The position numbers and the translations under genes were made by a program. Below the pieces are notes generated by a model that was not told where the DNA came from, ran no database searches, and saw only the letters and a list, made by a program, of their open reading frames with translations. 32,983 nucleotides of DNA from Deltaproteobacteria bacterium (GTDB lineage Bacteria > Desulfobacterota > Desulfobacteria > Desulfobacterales > JAUVKB01). The DNA is taken from contig JAUVKB010000002.1 of assembly GCA_030596405.1 (NCBI GenBank), positions 1 through 32,983 on the forward strand, read 5' to 3'. This document shows positions 9,755 through 19,275 of the stretch, piece by piece (the stretch's first letter is position 1; each line of letters starts with the position of its first letter).

Positions 9755-10526
9755 AATCATGGCAAGCTTTTCCACACCCGCAATCATGCTTCGCCGTATC
9801 GATTACGGGGAGTATGATCTTATTATTACCTTTTTTACGTTAAACATGGGCAAAATCTCCACGATCGCAAAATACGCAAAAAAGAGTGTAAAACGCTTTT
9901 CAGGCATCCTTGAACTTTTTTCCGTTTTACAGGTGGTATGCAGCCCGGGCCGTGGAAAAGGGCTTCCTGTTCTTCAGGAGGCATCATTGCAGCGCCCTTT
10001 TCCGAAAATCAGGGCCGACATAAAAAAGACGGCTTATGCAAGCTACTGGGCTGAATTGATCAATGAATGGCTGGAAGACGGAAAAAAACAGATACGGCTT
10101 TATCATCTGTTCCAGTATGTATTAAATGAACTCGATCTGGATCAAACGCCGGAATCAGCCGTAAGCATCCTGTTTCAGATGAGGTTTATGAGCATATCCG
10201 GTTTTTGTCCGAATTTGAGGCATTGCTGTATCTGCGGAATCGAAACCAAAAAAATGAAGACGGATAAAATCTTTTTTAATATTAAAAAAGGCGGACTTGT
10301 ATGTGAAAACTGCGTTCCTGGATCATCAGGTAATATATATCTTTCAAAGGGGACGATTAAACAGCTTTTGTGGGTCGGAAACGGTGATTTGGCCAGGGCA
10401 AAAAGGCTCAGGTTTTCGCATAATGCTTTAAATGAAAGCACAAAATTTCTTGAGGCATTTGTGCCGTATCATCTGGGCAGGGAGACTAAGAGTTTGAAAA
10501 TTTTGAAACAGTTACGTCAGGAATGA
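9744..10526 (+). CDS. recO: DNA repair protein RecO
   Basis: RecO N-terminal OB-fold pattern (PAIMLRRIDYGEYDLIITFFTLNMGKISTIAKYAKKS) and a Cys4 zinc-finger (CCICG ... CENC). The likely true start is ATG 9759 (MASFS...), just after the mgtE stop at 9754. Confidence 0.9.
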   Translation: MAYRIMASFSTPAIMLRRIDYGEYDLIITFFTLNMGKISTIAKYAKKSVKRFSGILELFSVLQVVCSPGRGKGLPVLQEASLQRPFPKIRADIKKTAYASYWAELINEWLEDGKKQIRLYHLFQYVLNELDLDQTPESAVSILFQMRFMSISGFCPNLRHCCICGIETKKMKTDKIFFNIKKGGLVCENCVPGSSGNIYLSKGTIKQLLWVGNGDLARAKRLRFSHNALNESTKFLEAFVPYHLGRETKSLKILKQLRQE

Positions 10527-10530
10527 GGCA

Positions 10531-11658
10531 GTGAAAAACGGTGATTTGAGAAAAATTCTTGAGATGCAAAATATTGAGGCATCGGCTCCGTGCAGGATCG
10601 ACATGGGCGGGACCCTTGATATCAGCACATTCTATTATCCGCTCAGGCATTTTTTCCCATGTACGTTTAACCTGGCGATCGACTTGAGAACACGGGTCAG
10701 GCTTCTTCCGCATAATGAAAAGCTGGTAAAGGTCACTTCAATGGGGTTTGAAAGCGTTGAATATCCTCTTGAAAAAGCCCCTTTTGATCATCCCCTCGGT
10801 CTGATGTTTGCCGTTGCAGCCTATTTCGGAGCCGAAGGCGTAAACATAGTAATCGAATCGTCATCACCGCCGCGCAGCGCTTTAGGCGGTTCCTCTGCGG
10901 CGGCAGTCGCTCTTGTTGCGGCCTTTTCAGAAGTTTATAAACAGATGGGCGATTCAAAAGATAGCCCCATGGGCGGTACGGGCATTTCAAGGCAAAAGGC
11001 CGCCATACTTGCCCATGCCATTGAAGAAAGCGTGGCAGGCGTGCCGTGCGGCCTCCAGGATCAGCTTGCAGCAGCATACGGCGGGGTTAATGCATGGCGC
11101 TGGCGCTCGAATATTGACGAGCCTTTGTTTAAACAAGAATGCGTTGTTAAAAAATCTTTTTTCAAGGATCTTGAAAGGCACATTCTTCTGGCCTATTGCG
11201 GCGCGCCTCATGAATCAAAAAACATCAATAAAAGATGGATACAACAGTTTGTTTCAGGCAAAAACCGCAATCTTTGGATCGAAATAGTAAAATCCACAAA
11301 AAAATTTGTCGAGGCGATATCTGTTTTTAACTTTAAAGACGCTTTAATATTAATGAACAACGAAACAGCCATAAGAAAGAAGATGACTCCCGACGTACTC
11401 GATGATATGGGGGGAAGACTGGTCGATTCAGCCGTCAAAAACGGTTGCGGAGCAAGGTTCACCGGTGCGGGAGGCGGCGGCTGCATCTGGGCATTGGGTG
11501 ACATGGAAAAAATTGACAGGTTGCGGGAAGCATGGGGAAAAATCCTTTTTGACAGGCAAGAAGCCTGTCTGCTTGACTTAAAAATTGATTCAAAAGGGGT
11601 TTTATATAAAAGCAGTAAAAAAACCTGTTTAACCTGTTTAAATTGTTTGGATTGTTGA
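10531..11658 (+). CDS. GHMP-family (sugar/heptose-type) kinase with an unusual Cys-rich tail
   Basis: APCRIDMGGTLDI N-terminus, GHMP ATP-binding motif PPRSALGGSSAAAVALVAA, and C-terminal TGAGGGGC. GTG at 10531 or ATG at 10564. The tail is TCLTCLNCLDC. Confidence 0.75.
   Translation: MKNGDLRKILEMQNIEASAPCRIDMGGTLDISTFYYPLRHFFPCTFNLAIDLRTRVRLLPHNEKLVKVTSMGFESVEYPLEKAPFDHPLGLMFAVAAYFGAEGVNIVIESSSPPRSALGGSSAAAVALVAAFSEVYKQMGDSKDSPMGGTGISRQKAAILAHAIEESVAGVPCGLQDQLAAAYGGVNAWRWRSNIDEPLFKQECVVKKSFFKDLERHILLAYCGAPHESKNINKRWIQQFVSGKNRNLWIEIVKSTKKFVEAISVFNFKDALILMNNETAIRKKMTPDVLDDMGGRLVDSAVKNGCGARFTGAGGGGCIWALGDMEKIDRLREAWGKILFDRQEACLLDLKIDSKGVLYKSSKKTCLTCLNCLDC
11623..11658 (+). repeat. 9-bp tandem repeat x4 at the 3' end of the GHMP kinase gene
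   Basis: ACCTGTTTA ACCTGTTTA AATTGTTTG GATTGTTGA. Two units are perfect and two degenerate. It encodes TCL-TCL-NCL-DC-stop. Confidence 0.8.
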
Positions 11659-11667
11659 GGAAAGAAA

Positions 11668-12555
11668 ATGAATTTCCAGGAAATTATAATGTCATTGCAA
11701 AAATATTGGGCGCGCAAGGGTTGCATGCTGCTTCAGCCTTACGATATGGAGGTCGGCGCAGGAACGTTTCATCCGGCTACACTTTTAAAAGCTCTAGGGC
11801 CTGAACCATGGAACGCAGCTTATGTGCAGCCTTCCAGACGCCCGACCGACGGCCGCTATGGTGAAAATCCCAACAGGCTGCAACACTACTACCAGTTTCA
11901 GGTCATACTGAAACCTTCTCCCATGGACGTGCAAAAGCAGTACCTTCAGAGTTTAAGGGCGCTTGGGATAGAGCCGCTTGAACACGATATAAGGTTTGTG
12001 GAAGACGACTGGGAATCACCTACCCTCGGCGCATCCGGTCTTGGCTGGGAAGTCTGGCTCGACGGCATGGAGATTACCCAGTTCACCTATTTTCAGATGG
12101 CCGGCAGCATAGAACTTTCCCCCGTATCCGTGGAGATCACCTATGGTTTAGAACGTATCGCCATGTATCTCCAGGGGTTAGGCAATGTTTACGACCTGCA
12201 ATGGAACGACAATATTATATACAAAGACGTGCATCACCAGCAGGAAGTTGAACAGTCCACATACAATTTTGAGCAGGCCGACGTCGATATGCTCCTTGAA
12301 CTTTTTAATAAATACGAGGCTGAAGCAAACAGGATAATCAATGAATCACTTGTTATCCCGGCCTATGAATACTGTCTGAAATGTTCACATACTTTTAATC
12401 TTCTTGATGCGCGCGCAGCCATCAGCGTTACGGAAAGAACAAGCTATATCGCGCGCATAAGGCATATTGCAAGAGCCTGTGCTGAAAAATATTTAAAGCA
12501 AAGGGAGGCTGTCGGTTTCCCACTAATGGAAAAAGATAAAATGGAAAAGAAATAA
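11668..12555 (+). CDS. glyQ: Glycine--tRNA ligase alpha subunit
   Basis: The highly conserved [38 protein letters not shown]...[29 protein letters not shown] is diagnostic of GlyQ. Confidence 0.97.
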   Translation: MNFQEIIMSLQKYWARKGCMLLQPYDMEVGAGTFHPATLLKALGPEPWNAAYVQPSRRPTDGRYGENPNRLQHYYQFQVILKPSPMDVQKQYLQSLRALGIEPLEHDIRFVEDDWESPTLGASGLGWEVWLDGMEITQFTYFQMAGSIELSPVSVEITYGLERIAMYLQGLGNVYDLQWNDNIIYKDVHHQQEVEQSTYNFEQADVDMLLELFNKYEAEANRIINESLVIPAYEYCLKCSHTFNLLDARAAISVTERTSYIARIRHIARACAEKYLKQREAVGFPLMEKDKMEKK

Positions 12556-12569
12556 AAAAAGAGATAGAT

Positions 12570-14663
12570 ATGAACATATTATTGCTTGAAATAGGAACCG
12601 AAGAAATCCCTGCCGGATATATCGAACCTGCATTAAAGGCGCTTTCCACAAATCTTTTAAAGGCATTGTCCGATGCCCGCATAGAACACGGCGATGCTGC
12701 AACATTTGGAACGCCGAAAAGGCTTGCAGTTGAAATTAAAAATGTTGCATCCAAACAAAAATCGATAACAACCGAGGTGACAGGGCCTCCTGAAAAGGTG
12801 GGATTTAATGCAAACGGTCGGCCCACCGTTGCCACGGAAAAATTTGCCGAAAAGATCGGCATCCCGGTAAACAGGATAAAAATAAAAAATACAAAAAAAG
12901 GCCCGTATCTATGCGCAACCAGGACGGAAACGGGTCTTTTGACAAAGAGACTTCTTAAAAATATCCTGCCGGAGACTATTTTATCGATACCTTTTCCAAA
13001 GACCATGAGATGGGCCGATCTTTGCCTCGATTTTGCAAGGCCTATACAATCGATTCTGGCCCTTTTTGGAAACAGCGCTGTCTCTTTTAAGCTGGGGAAT
13101 ATAAAAAGCGGCAGGTATACTTTCGGCCATCGGTTTACACATACGGGAAAGATAAAAATTTCAAATCCGCAAGAGTATATCAAAAGCCTTGAGTCTGCGG
13201 ATGTGCTGGCTGATATTGACCAGAGGAAAAAATGCATAGAGGATAAAATATCAAAAGCCGCAAACAGGCTTGGAGGCAGGGTTCTGCCTGACAGCGCTCT
13301 TGTCGATACTGTAACCAACCTTGTTGAATATCCCGCAGTTACGGCGGGAAAGTTTGATATAAAATATTTAGAGCTTCCCGGTGAGGTATTGATCACTTCC
13401 ATGCGCGAACACCAAAAATACTTTGCCGTGATTGACGAAAGCGGCAAGCTTATGCCGTGCTTTATTGTGGTGAACAACACTCCTGCAAAGGACATGGCTG
13501 TAGTTGCAAGAGGGCATGAACGGGTGTTAAGAGCCCGGCTCGAAGACGCGATGTTTTTTTATCAAAAAGATTTGGAAAGTTCCATTGAAGATCTGACGGA
13601 AAAATTAAAAAGGGTTCTTTTTCAGGCAAAACTTGGTACCATGTATGAAAAAGTGATCCGGGTTCAAAAGATCGCCGGGTTTTTGGCGGATGCTGTTGAT
13701 GGGGGGGCGGATTTTAAAAAGCAGGTTCAAAGAGCGGCTTTTTTATGCAAATTTGATCTTGTCAGCCATATTGTGGTTGAATTTCCTAAATTACAAGGGG
13801 TTATGGGAAAAATTTATTCCTTGCTCGCCAAAGAGCCGGATGAAGTTGCCTCTGCAATCAAAGAGCATTACATGCCGATCTATTCAGGCGGGCCGCTTCC
13901 GGGAACCGATTCGGGAGCCATACTCGGCATCGCCGACAAGATCGATTCCATATGCGGATGCTTCTCTGCCGGGCTGATACCGACGGGCGCTTCAGATCCA
14001 TACGCGCTTCGGCGGCAGGGCATCGGTATCGTGCAGATTATGCTTGATAAAGGCTTGACTTTTTCCTTAAAAAGCTTGATTGAAAACAGCGTCATACTCT
14101 TTGGAAGCAAAAGTGAGCATGAAACAAAGGAGACAGTCGGCAAGGTGCACACTTTTTTGCAAAACAGAATATCGCATCTTCTGGCTGAACAAGGGTTTGC
14201 AAAAGATACAATAGCCGCCATTATCAGTGTTTCAACTGATAATGTGCCCAATGTATGGAACAGGGTGCGCGCATTGGAAAACCTTAAAAGCAAACCGGAT
14301 TTTGAGCCTATAGCGGTTGCTTTTAAGCGCGTTGTCAATATAATAAAAAAATCAGGGCAAACTGAAATATATACGGTTAATAAAGAGCTGTTTCAACATG
14401 AATGCGAGCATGCTCTGTTTGCGGCCTATAGTGAAGTTAAAATAAAGGTGCTGGAAAATCTTGACCAGTCATATTTTGATCAGTCGTATTTTGATAGGGC
14501 GCTTGCCGACATGGCTTGTCTGCGTAATTTTGTGGATGATTTTTTTGACGGCGTCATGGTAATGGCAAAAGATGCCGGCCAGCAGCACAACAGGCTTGCG
14601 CTCCTTGGACTTATTGCCGGCCTGTTTGCTTTGTTTGCCGATTTTTCAAAAATTTCAACTTGA
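12570..14663 (+). CDS. glyS: Glycine--tRNA ligase beta subunit
   Basis: 697 aa, immediately after glyQ. N-terminus LLEIGTEEIPAGY, then FGTPKRLAV, MREHQKYF, DPYALRR and a C-terminal anticodon-binding-like domain. Confidence 0.95.
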   Translation: MNILLLEIGTEEIPAGYIEPALKALSTNLLKALSDARIEHGDAATFGTPKRLAVEIKNVASKQKSITTEVTGPPEKVGFNANGRPTVATEKFAEKIGIPVNRIKIKNTKKGPYLCATRTETGLLTKRLLKNILPETILSIPFPKTMRWADLCLDFARPIQSILALFGNSAVSFKLGNIKSGRYTFGHRFTHTGKIKISNPQEYIKSLESADVLADIDQRKKCIEDKISKAANRLGGRVLPDSALVDTVTNLVEYPAVTAGKFDIKYLELPGEVLITSMREHQKYFAVIDESGKLMPCFIVVNNTPAKDMAVVARGHERVLRARLEDAMFFYQKDLESSIEDLTEKLKRVLFQAKLGTMYEKVIRVQKIAGFLADAVDGGADFKKQVQRAAFLCKFDLVSHIVVEFPKLQGVMGKIYSLLAKEPDEVASAIKEHYMPIYSGGPLPGTDSGAILGIADKIDSICGCFSAGLIPTGASDPYALRRQGIGIVQIMLDKGLTFSLKSLIENSVILFGSKSEHETKETVGKVHTFLQNRISHLLAEQGFAKDTIAAIISVSTDNVPNVWNRVRALENLKSKPDFEPIAVAFKRVVNIIKKSGQTEIYTVNKELFQHECEHALFAAYSEVKIKVLENLDQSYFDQSYFDRALADMACLRNFVDDFFDGVMVMAKDAGQQHNRLALLGLIAGLFALFADFSKIST

Positions 14664-14943
14664 CAAAAAGCGTTTCGCAAAAGTTTCGCTTTTAAGGAGT
14701 AAAAAAATTACAGAAATTATAGAAATCATTAAAATAGTTCTTCTGGTATGGATCTGCTGCTGGCTTTTGAGTTCCCTTGCGTATCTTATACCTTTGTTCA
14801 TTAAGGCAAAACGCAGCGGCGCCAAGCTTTTAAGCAAGGAAACCATAGACCGCATATCCATCTTAATAATAACATGGCCGGTTGTTATTTTTGTCTATTT
14901 ACATGCCTACGCACAATTGAAAAATAAAAAATAACCACTCAGA

Positions 14944-15633
14944 ATGAAGCTTGCCATCAACGAAATTGCGAAATATCTGGATCTTCCTGTAAACACCGTG
15001 GAACGATGGATACGGCAGGGAAAGATACCTGTGCATAGAGACGGCCCTGATTGTATATTTAAAAAATCGATTCTAAAAAAATGGGCTGTATCCCGCAATC
15101 TTTCTTTTACACTGCCAAAAAATAGTGAAACAAAACATCCGGGTATTGAGATGGAAAACCTTTTGCCGGCGATTAAACGCGGCGGACTGATCCATAATAC
15201 CAAAGGAGACAGTGTAAACGCAGTGCTGAAAGCTGCTGTGGATAAAATAGGCATGTTGTCTGCTGACGCTAAAAAGGAGTTATATGAAAGACTCCTTGAA
15301 AGGGAACGGTTGACATCGACAGGAATCGGCAACGGAGTTGCGATCCCCCATCCGCGCACGCAACTGCCGGAAGTCAAAGAGAATGCTTCAATAACAACAT
15401 GTTTTCTTGAAGAACCGGTAGATTTCAGCGCGGTAGACGACAAACCTGTATTTGTAATGTTCATCCTTTTAAGTCCGTCTGTAAAGATACACCTCCGTCT
15501 TCTGTCAAGGCTCGCTTTTTGCTTGCGGGATGAATCTTTTGTGAAGTTTTTAAGAACAACTCCCGATACGGATGCTTTTTTTGAGAGAATAGCAGCCTTT
15601 GAGAAACAGATAGACAAAACAGACGCCCTTTAA
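14944..15633 (+). CDS. Fusion of an excisionase/MerR-type HTH with a PTS EIIA type-2 (PtsN-like) domain
   Basis: N-terminus LAINEIAKYLDLPVNTVERWIRQGKIP (HTH_17-like). The C-terminal ~150 aa carry ERERLTSTGIGNGVAIPHPR (EIIA-2 phospho-His motif) and PVFVMFILLSP. Confidence 0.75.
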   Translation: MKLAINEIAKYLDLPVNTVERWIRQGKIPVHRDGPDCIFKKSILKKWAVSRNLSFTLPKNSETKHPGIEMENLLPAIKRGGLIHNTKGDSVNAVLKAAVDKIGMLSADAKKELYERLLERERLTSTGIGNGVAIPHPRTQLPEVKENASITTCFLEEPVDFSAVDDKPVFVMFILLSPSVKIHLRLLSRLAFCLRDESFVKFLRTTPDTDAFFERIAAFEKQIDKTDAL

Positions 15634-15644
15634 ATTCCAAAGAT

Positions 15645-17369
15645 ATGCATAGTCTAAAATCATGGCGTTATCCAGCTAAATGGATTCTTTTTCGCACGGA
15701 CGACCGTTTGCTGCTCATATTTATTGCCGTTATTGTGGGGATATGCAGCAGTCTGGCGGCTATTTTGCTGAACCGTTCACTTATAGCGATATTAAGCTGG
15801 CTCCATCCTTTCCGCCAAATCTGGTGGGCATTTGTGCTTCCTGGAATAGGGGCCGCCATGTCATCACTTTTTCTTGAAAAGATTGTAAATGAAGGAGCGG
15901 GGCACGGCGTGCCTGAAGTTGTTTACAGTGTGTCGCGTTACGGCGGCTTGATGCGCTTTCGCTCAAGTTTTTCCAGATTGATTTCCAGTTGTCTTACCAT
16001 CGGCAGCGGCGGATCAGCAGGCCCGGAGGCGCCCGTCGTTATGAGCGGAGCCGCCATCGGTTCCAATATCGCCAAATTTTTTTCCTTAAACGACCGTCAG
16101 CGCGTTGCCCTTGTCGGCTGCGGGGCCGCCGCCGCCATATCTTCCATATTCAATGCACCGATTGCAGGCATGATCTTTTCCATGGAGGTAATATTAGGAG
16201 AATGGTCTTCTGCGTATCTTATTCCGATCGCTATCGCTTCTGTCGCCGGAACTGAAGTCAGCCGGATACTTCAAGGAAATCAGATTGTTTTTTCACATCG
16301 TCACTTTGACATAGATCTGATGAATATTGTCGTTTGCCTCGGTCTTGCAATTATTACCGCGGCTGCGTCGATTCTTTTAACCCGTATGATAAAATATATG
16401 AACGGCAAATACGGCAAGGCGCCTGTTCCCTTGTGGATGCGGGCAGCGCTCGGAGGCTGCACGGTCGGCCTTATCGGTCTTTTTTTTCCCGTTGTCCTCG
16501 GAGAAGGGTACAATTCGATACACATGATGATAGAAGGCGTATTTGCGCAGGGCTTTATTATCGTCGTCCTGGCCGCATTTTTAAAAATCCTGGCTACTTC
16601 TCTTACTTTGGGATCGGGTGGATCGGGTGGAATATTTGCTCCCTGTCTTGTTATCGGCAGTTTCACGGGTCTGGCCTATCACCGGGGCCTTGTTTTATTG
16701 TGGCCTTCCGTATCATGGGTCAACGAAGGATGTTTTGCTCTACTCGGAATGGCAGGTTTAATCAGCGGCATGCTGCAGGCCCCCATGACGGCAATTTTCC
16801 TTATTGTTGAAATTACAGGTGGTTATGAAGTTATTTTACCGCTTATCATTGTCTCGACCATTTCAACAACATTTTGCCGCTATATTGAATCAGCATCTTT
16901 TTATTTAAAGGATCTGACTGAAAAGGGCCATTTGTTGAGGCCCCGCACTGATGCCCGCGTGCTGACGGAATTGAACGTTCGGGAACTTCTTGAAACAGAT
17001 TGCATCGGCGTAAAACAGAACATGCTGCTCAGGGATTTTATCAATATTGTAAAAAAATCGCATAGAAACTATTTTCCCGTAGAAGATGAAAAGACCGGCC
17101 ATTTTCTTGGAATGATCTATCTGGATGACATCCGGCCCTATCTTTTTAATCCCGGAATGTATGATGCTGTTTTACTGGGCCAGATAATGGATATCAATGT
17201 TCAAACCGTTGCCCTTGACGATGACCTGACGGAGATATTGGACATAATGGATATAAACCATCTTTACAGTATGCCGGTTGTTGCAGATAATAAGTTCGCA
17301 GGTATGATTTCAAAGGCAACGCTTTTAAATCAATATCGTAAAGAGCTTATGGTTCAAGCTAACGATTAA
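15645..17369 (+). CDS. ClC-family chloride channel / Cl-/H+ antiporter with C-terminal CBS pair
   Basis: 574 aa, multi-TM. ClC selectivity-filter-like motifs GHGVPEV, GSGGSAGPEAP (with a gating-Glu candidate) and GGIFAP. The C-terminal CBS segments include FLGMIYLDDI and FAGMISKATLL. Confidence 0.9.
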   Translation: MHSLKSWRYPAKWILFRTDDRLLLIFIAVIVGICSSLAAILLNRSLIAILSWLHPFRQIWWAFVLPGIGAAMSSLFLEKIVNEGAGHGVPEVVYSVSRYGGLMRFRSSFSRLISSCLTIGSGGSAGPEAPVVMSGAAIGSNIAKFFSLNDRQRVALVGCGAAAAISSIFNAPIAGMIFSMEVILGEWSSAYLIPIAIASVAGTEVSRILQGNQIVFSHRHFDIDLMNIVVCLGLAIITAAASILLTRMIKYMNGKYGKAPVPLWMRAALGGCTVGLIGLFFPVVLGEGYNSIHMMIEGVFAQGFIIVVLAAFLKILATSLTLGSGGSGGIFAPCLVIGSFTGLAYHRGLVLLWPSVSWVNEGCFALLGMAGLISGMLQAPMTAIFLIVEITGGYEVILPLIIVSTISTTFCRYIESASFYLKDLTEKGHLLRPRTDARVLTELNVRELLETDCIGVKQNMLLRDFINIVKKSHRNYFPVEDEKTGHFLGMIYLDDIRPYLFNPGMYDAVLLGQIMDINVQTVALDDDLTEILDIMDINHLYSMPVVADNKFAGMISKATLLNQYRKELMVQAND

Positions 17370-17380
17370 AGGAGAATTAA

Positions 17381-18208
17381 ATGGAAGCACAGCTATTTCA
17401 TATTTTCAGAAACACGCCTTTGGGGAGGGAAACGCTGTTTCAATCCACGTATTTTTGCAGTAAGACCGGCGCTGCTATAAATATCTATGTTCCCGAATTC
17501 ACTAAATTTTTGATGTACTTTGAAAATGACGTCATTCAGATCAATCTTGACGAATCGTATCTTACGGCCCCTGGCAGCGCTCTTGAGCATGCAACCGAAG
17601 TAGTTATGCAAAAAAATATAAAACCAAAATTTATCAAGCCCAAGCATTTTACGGCCTCGACTCTTCCCGACATACCGACCGGCTTTGATTTTATGTGCTG
17701 TCCCCGCAGCATAAGCGATCTGTCTTCAAAGATAGGCATAGGATACATCGGTCCGCGAGTTAGACGTATTGTAAAATCCGCTCGGTTTCCGGTTTTGATA
17801 ACCAGCCCTGTTTATAAAGAATGGAGCAGTATAACTGTATTTTTCGGGGGATCAGCCAATGCGGTCAATGCGCTTAAGCTGGGCTTTCGTATCAAAAGGG
17901 CAACTAAAATGCCGCTTTATATTTTCACACAGGCGGAAAAAGGACACAAAAAGACTTGTAAAGATGTTATAAAACATGAAAACCTTGAAAAAGAGATGGA
18001 ACAACTTGCAGACAGGTGGCAAATATTTGAAAAGGGGAAATTTGAAGAAAATCTTTACAAAGTGCCCCATGATTCACTTGTCGTTTTAGGCGCATACGGC
18101 CACGGTTTTATAAAAGATATTGTTTTTGGAAGCAAAATGGAAAAGATCCAGTCTACTGTTTCCAACAACCTTTTAATTGTAGGACCGAATTACACGGCAA
18201 CCGTGTAG
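17381..18208 (+). CDS. Tandem universal-stress-protein (UspA)-like protein
   Basis: Two halves each end in a Usp-like motif (IGYIGPRVRRIVKSARFPVLI and VVLGAYGHGFIKDIVFGSKMEKIQSTVSNNLLIV). It sits 11 nt downstream of the ClC gene. The family call is tentative. Confidence 0.5.
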   Translation: MEAQLFHIFRNTPLGRETLFQSTYFCSKTGAAINIYVPEFTKFLMYFENDVIQINLDESYLTAPGSALEHATEVVMQKNIKPKFIKPKHFTASTLPDIPTGFDFMCCPRSISDLSSKIGIGYIGPRVRRIVKSARFPVLITSPVYKEWSSITVFFGGSANAVNALKLGFRIKRATKMPLYIFTQAEKGHKKTCKDVIKHENLEKEMEQLADRWQIFEKGKFEENLYKVPHDSLVVLGAYGHGFIKDIVFGSKMEKIQSTVSNNLLIVGPNYTATV

Positions 18209-18248
18209 TTCTTGTTTTTAACAATTTATCAAATTAATAGAGGATAAT

Positions 18249-18500
18249 ATGGCTTTTGATTCGGAAAAAGATAAAATTTTAAAGAAGTGGCAGTGTGATG
18301 AAACAGGACTTGTTATTACAATTAATCGATATGGCGATGGCGAGGCAAAACTTCAGATAGGCCCCAGGATTTTTATAAAAAAAGACGGCGGCGAAAGCCA
18401 GCGAAAGGCAGGACGCCTTACAATAGAAGATCTGATGTGGTTTTACGATATTATTGATGAAATAAAAGAAGAACTTTCCGATCTGGCAAATCCGGTTTGA
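18249..18500 (+). CDS. Small hypothetical protein (83 aa); weak resemblance to PC4/YdbC-like ssDNA-binding fold
   Basis: GAGGA lies upstream of the ATG. The pattern LVITINRYGDGEAKLQIGPRIF...KAGRLTIEDLMWFYDIIDEI is reminiscent of YdbC/PC4-type proteins. This is impression only. Confidence 0.4.
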   Translation: MAFDSEKDKILKKWQCDETGLVITINRYGDGEAKLQIGPRIFIKKDGGESQRKAGRLTIEDLMWFYDIIDEIKEELSDLANPV

Positions 18501-18504
18501 TGAA

Positions 18505-19257
18505 ATGACATGTCATGATGCAATAATAAATCCGGTAAAAAGAAAAAACTCACCGAAATTAGGACCTGTGGCTGTATTGGTAAGCGGTGAAAGCGATCTG
18601 TTTTTACTTTGCAGGTTGCTGAATCTGAAAGAAGATAATTACCTGAACCTGTTTATGAGCAGGTTATATACCGGCAATGGCGAAATCACGGATTTTTCTG
18701 TGGCCGGGCCTTTGGTGGGAGCGCCTTATGCCGCTATAATGCTTGAAACCATTATAGCATGGGGCGCAAAAAAAATTATATTTTTTGGATTGTGCGGATC
18801 AATCTCAGATAATGTTAAGATCGGTGATATAATTGTCCCTGTCTGTTCAATTATTGATGAAGGGACATCATGTCATTATAACGGCCAATGGCATAATCGG
18901 GGTGAAAATAATAGCAGTATGGCATATTCGTCAGATTATATTGTAAAAAAGATAAAAGATGAATTGATAAAAAAAAATCAGCCGTTTCATAAAGGAATTA
19001 TCTGGTCGACCGACGCCGTTTTCAGGGAAACCCATGAAAAAATTAAATATTTCCAGGACAAGGGCGCGTTAGGCGTGGAAATGGAAACTTCCGCTCTCTT
19101 TACTATCGGAAAATTCCGCAATGTCGAAGTGGGGGCAATCCTGGTTGTATCCGACGAACTTTCAACCTTTAACTGGAAACCCGGATTCAGGGAAGAACGT
19201 TTTAAAAAAAGCTGTGAGGTCGCAGGCGAGGTGATAAGCGGTTTAAAAAACTTATAA
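18505..19257 (+). CDS. Nucleoside phosphorylase family protein (PNP_UDP_1 fold)
   Basis: GAPYAAIMLETIIAWGAKKIIFFGLCGS and GVEMETSALFTIGKFRNVEVGAILVVSD match the phosphate/ribose-binding motifs of uridine/purine nucleoside phosphorylases. Confidence 0.8.
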   Translation: MTCHDAIINPVKRKNSPKLGPVAVLVSGESDLFLLCRLLNLKEDNYLNLFMSRLYTGNGEITDFSVAGPLVGAPYAAIMLETIIAWGAKKIIFFGLCGSISDNVKIGDIIVPVCSIIDEGTSCHYNGQWHNRGENNSSMAYSSDYIVKKIKDELIKKNQPFHKGIIWSTDAVFRETHEKIKYFQDKGALGVEMETSALFTIGKFRNVEVGAILVVSDELSTFNWKPGFREERFKKSCEVAGEVISGLKNL

Positions 19258-19275
19258 AAACTTATAAAAACTTAA
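19246..19275 (+). repeat. Three tandem 10-bp A-tract units spanning the nucleoside phosphorylase stop codon
   Basis: AAAAACTTAT AAAAACTTAT AAAAACTTAA. The helical-period phasing lies 34 nt upstream of the binding-protein start codon. Confidence 0.7.

Noticed and set aside
12428-13495. 355-aa minus-strand ORF antisense to glyS (similarly 11208-11726, 14907-15617, 3986-4375, 5195-5554 and 16301-16666)
   Set aside because: All lie entirely inside strongly recognisable plus-strand genes and have low-complexity Ser/Phe/Leu/Arg-rich translations with no motifs. These are typical antisense shadow ORFs.
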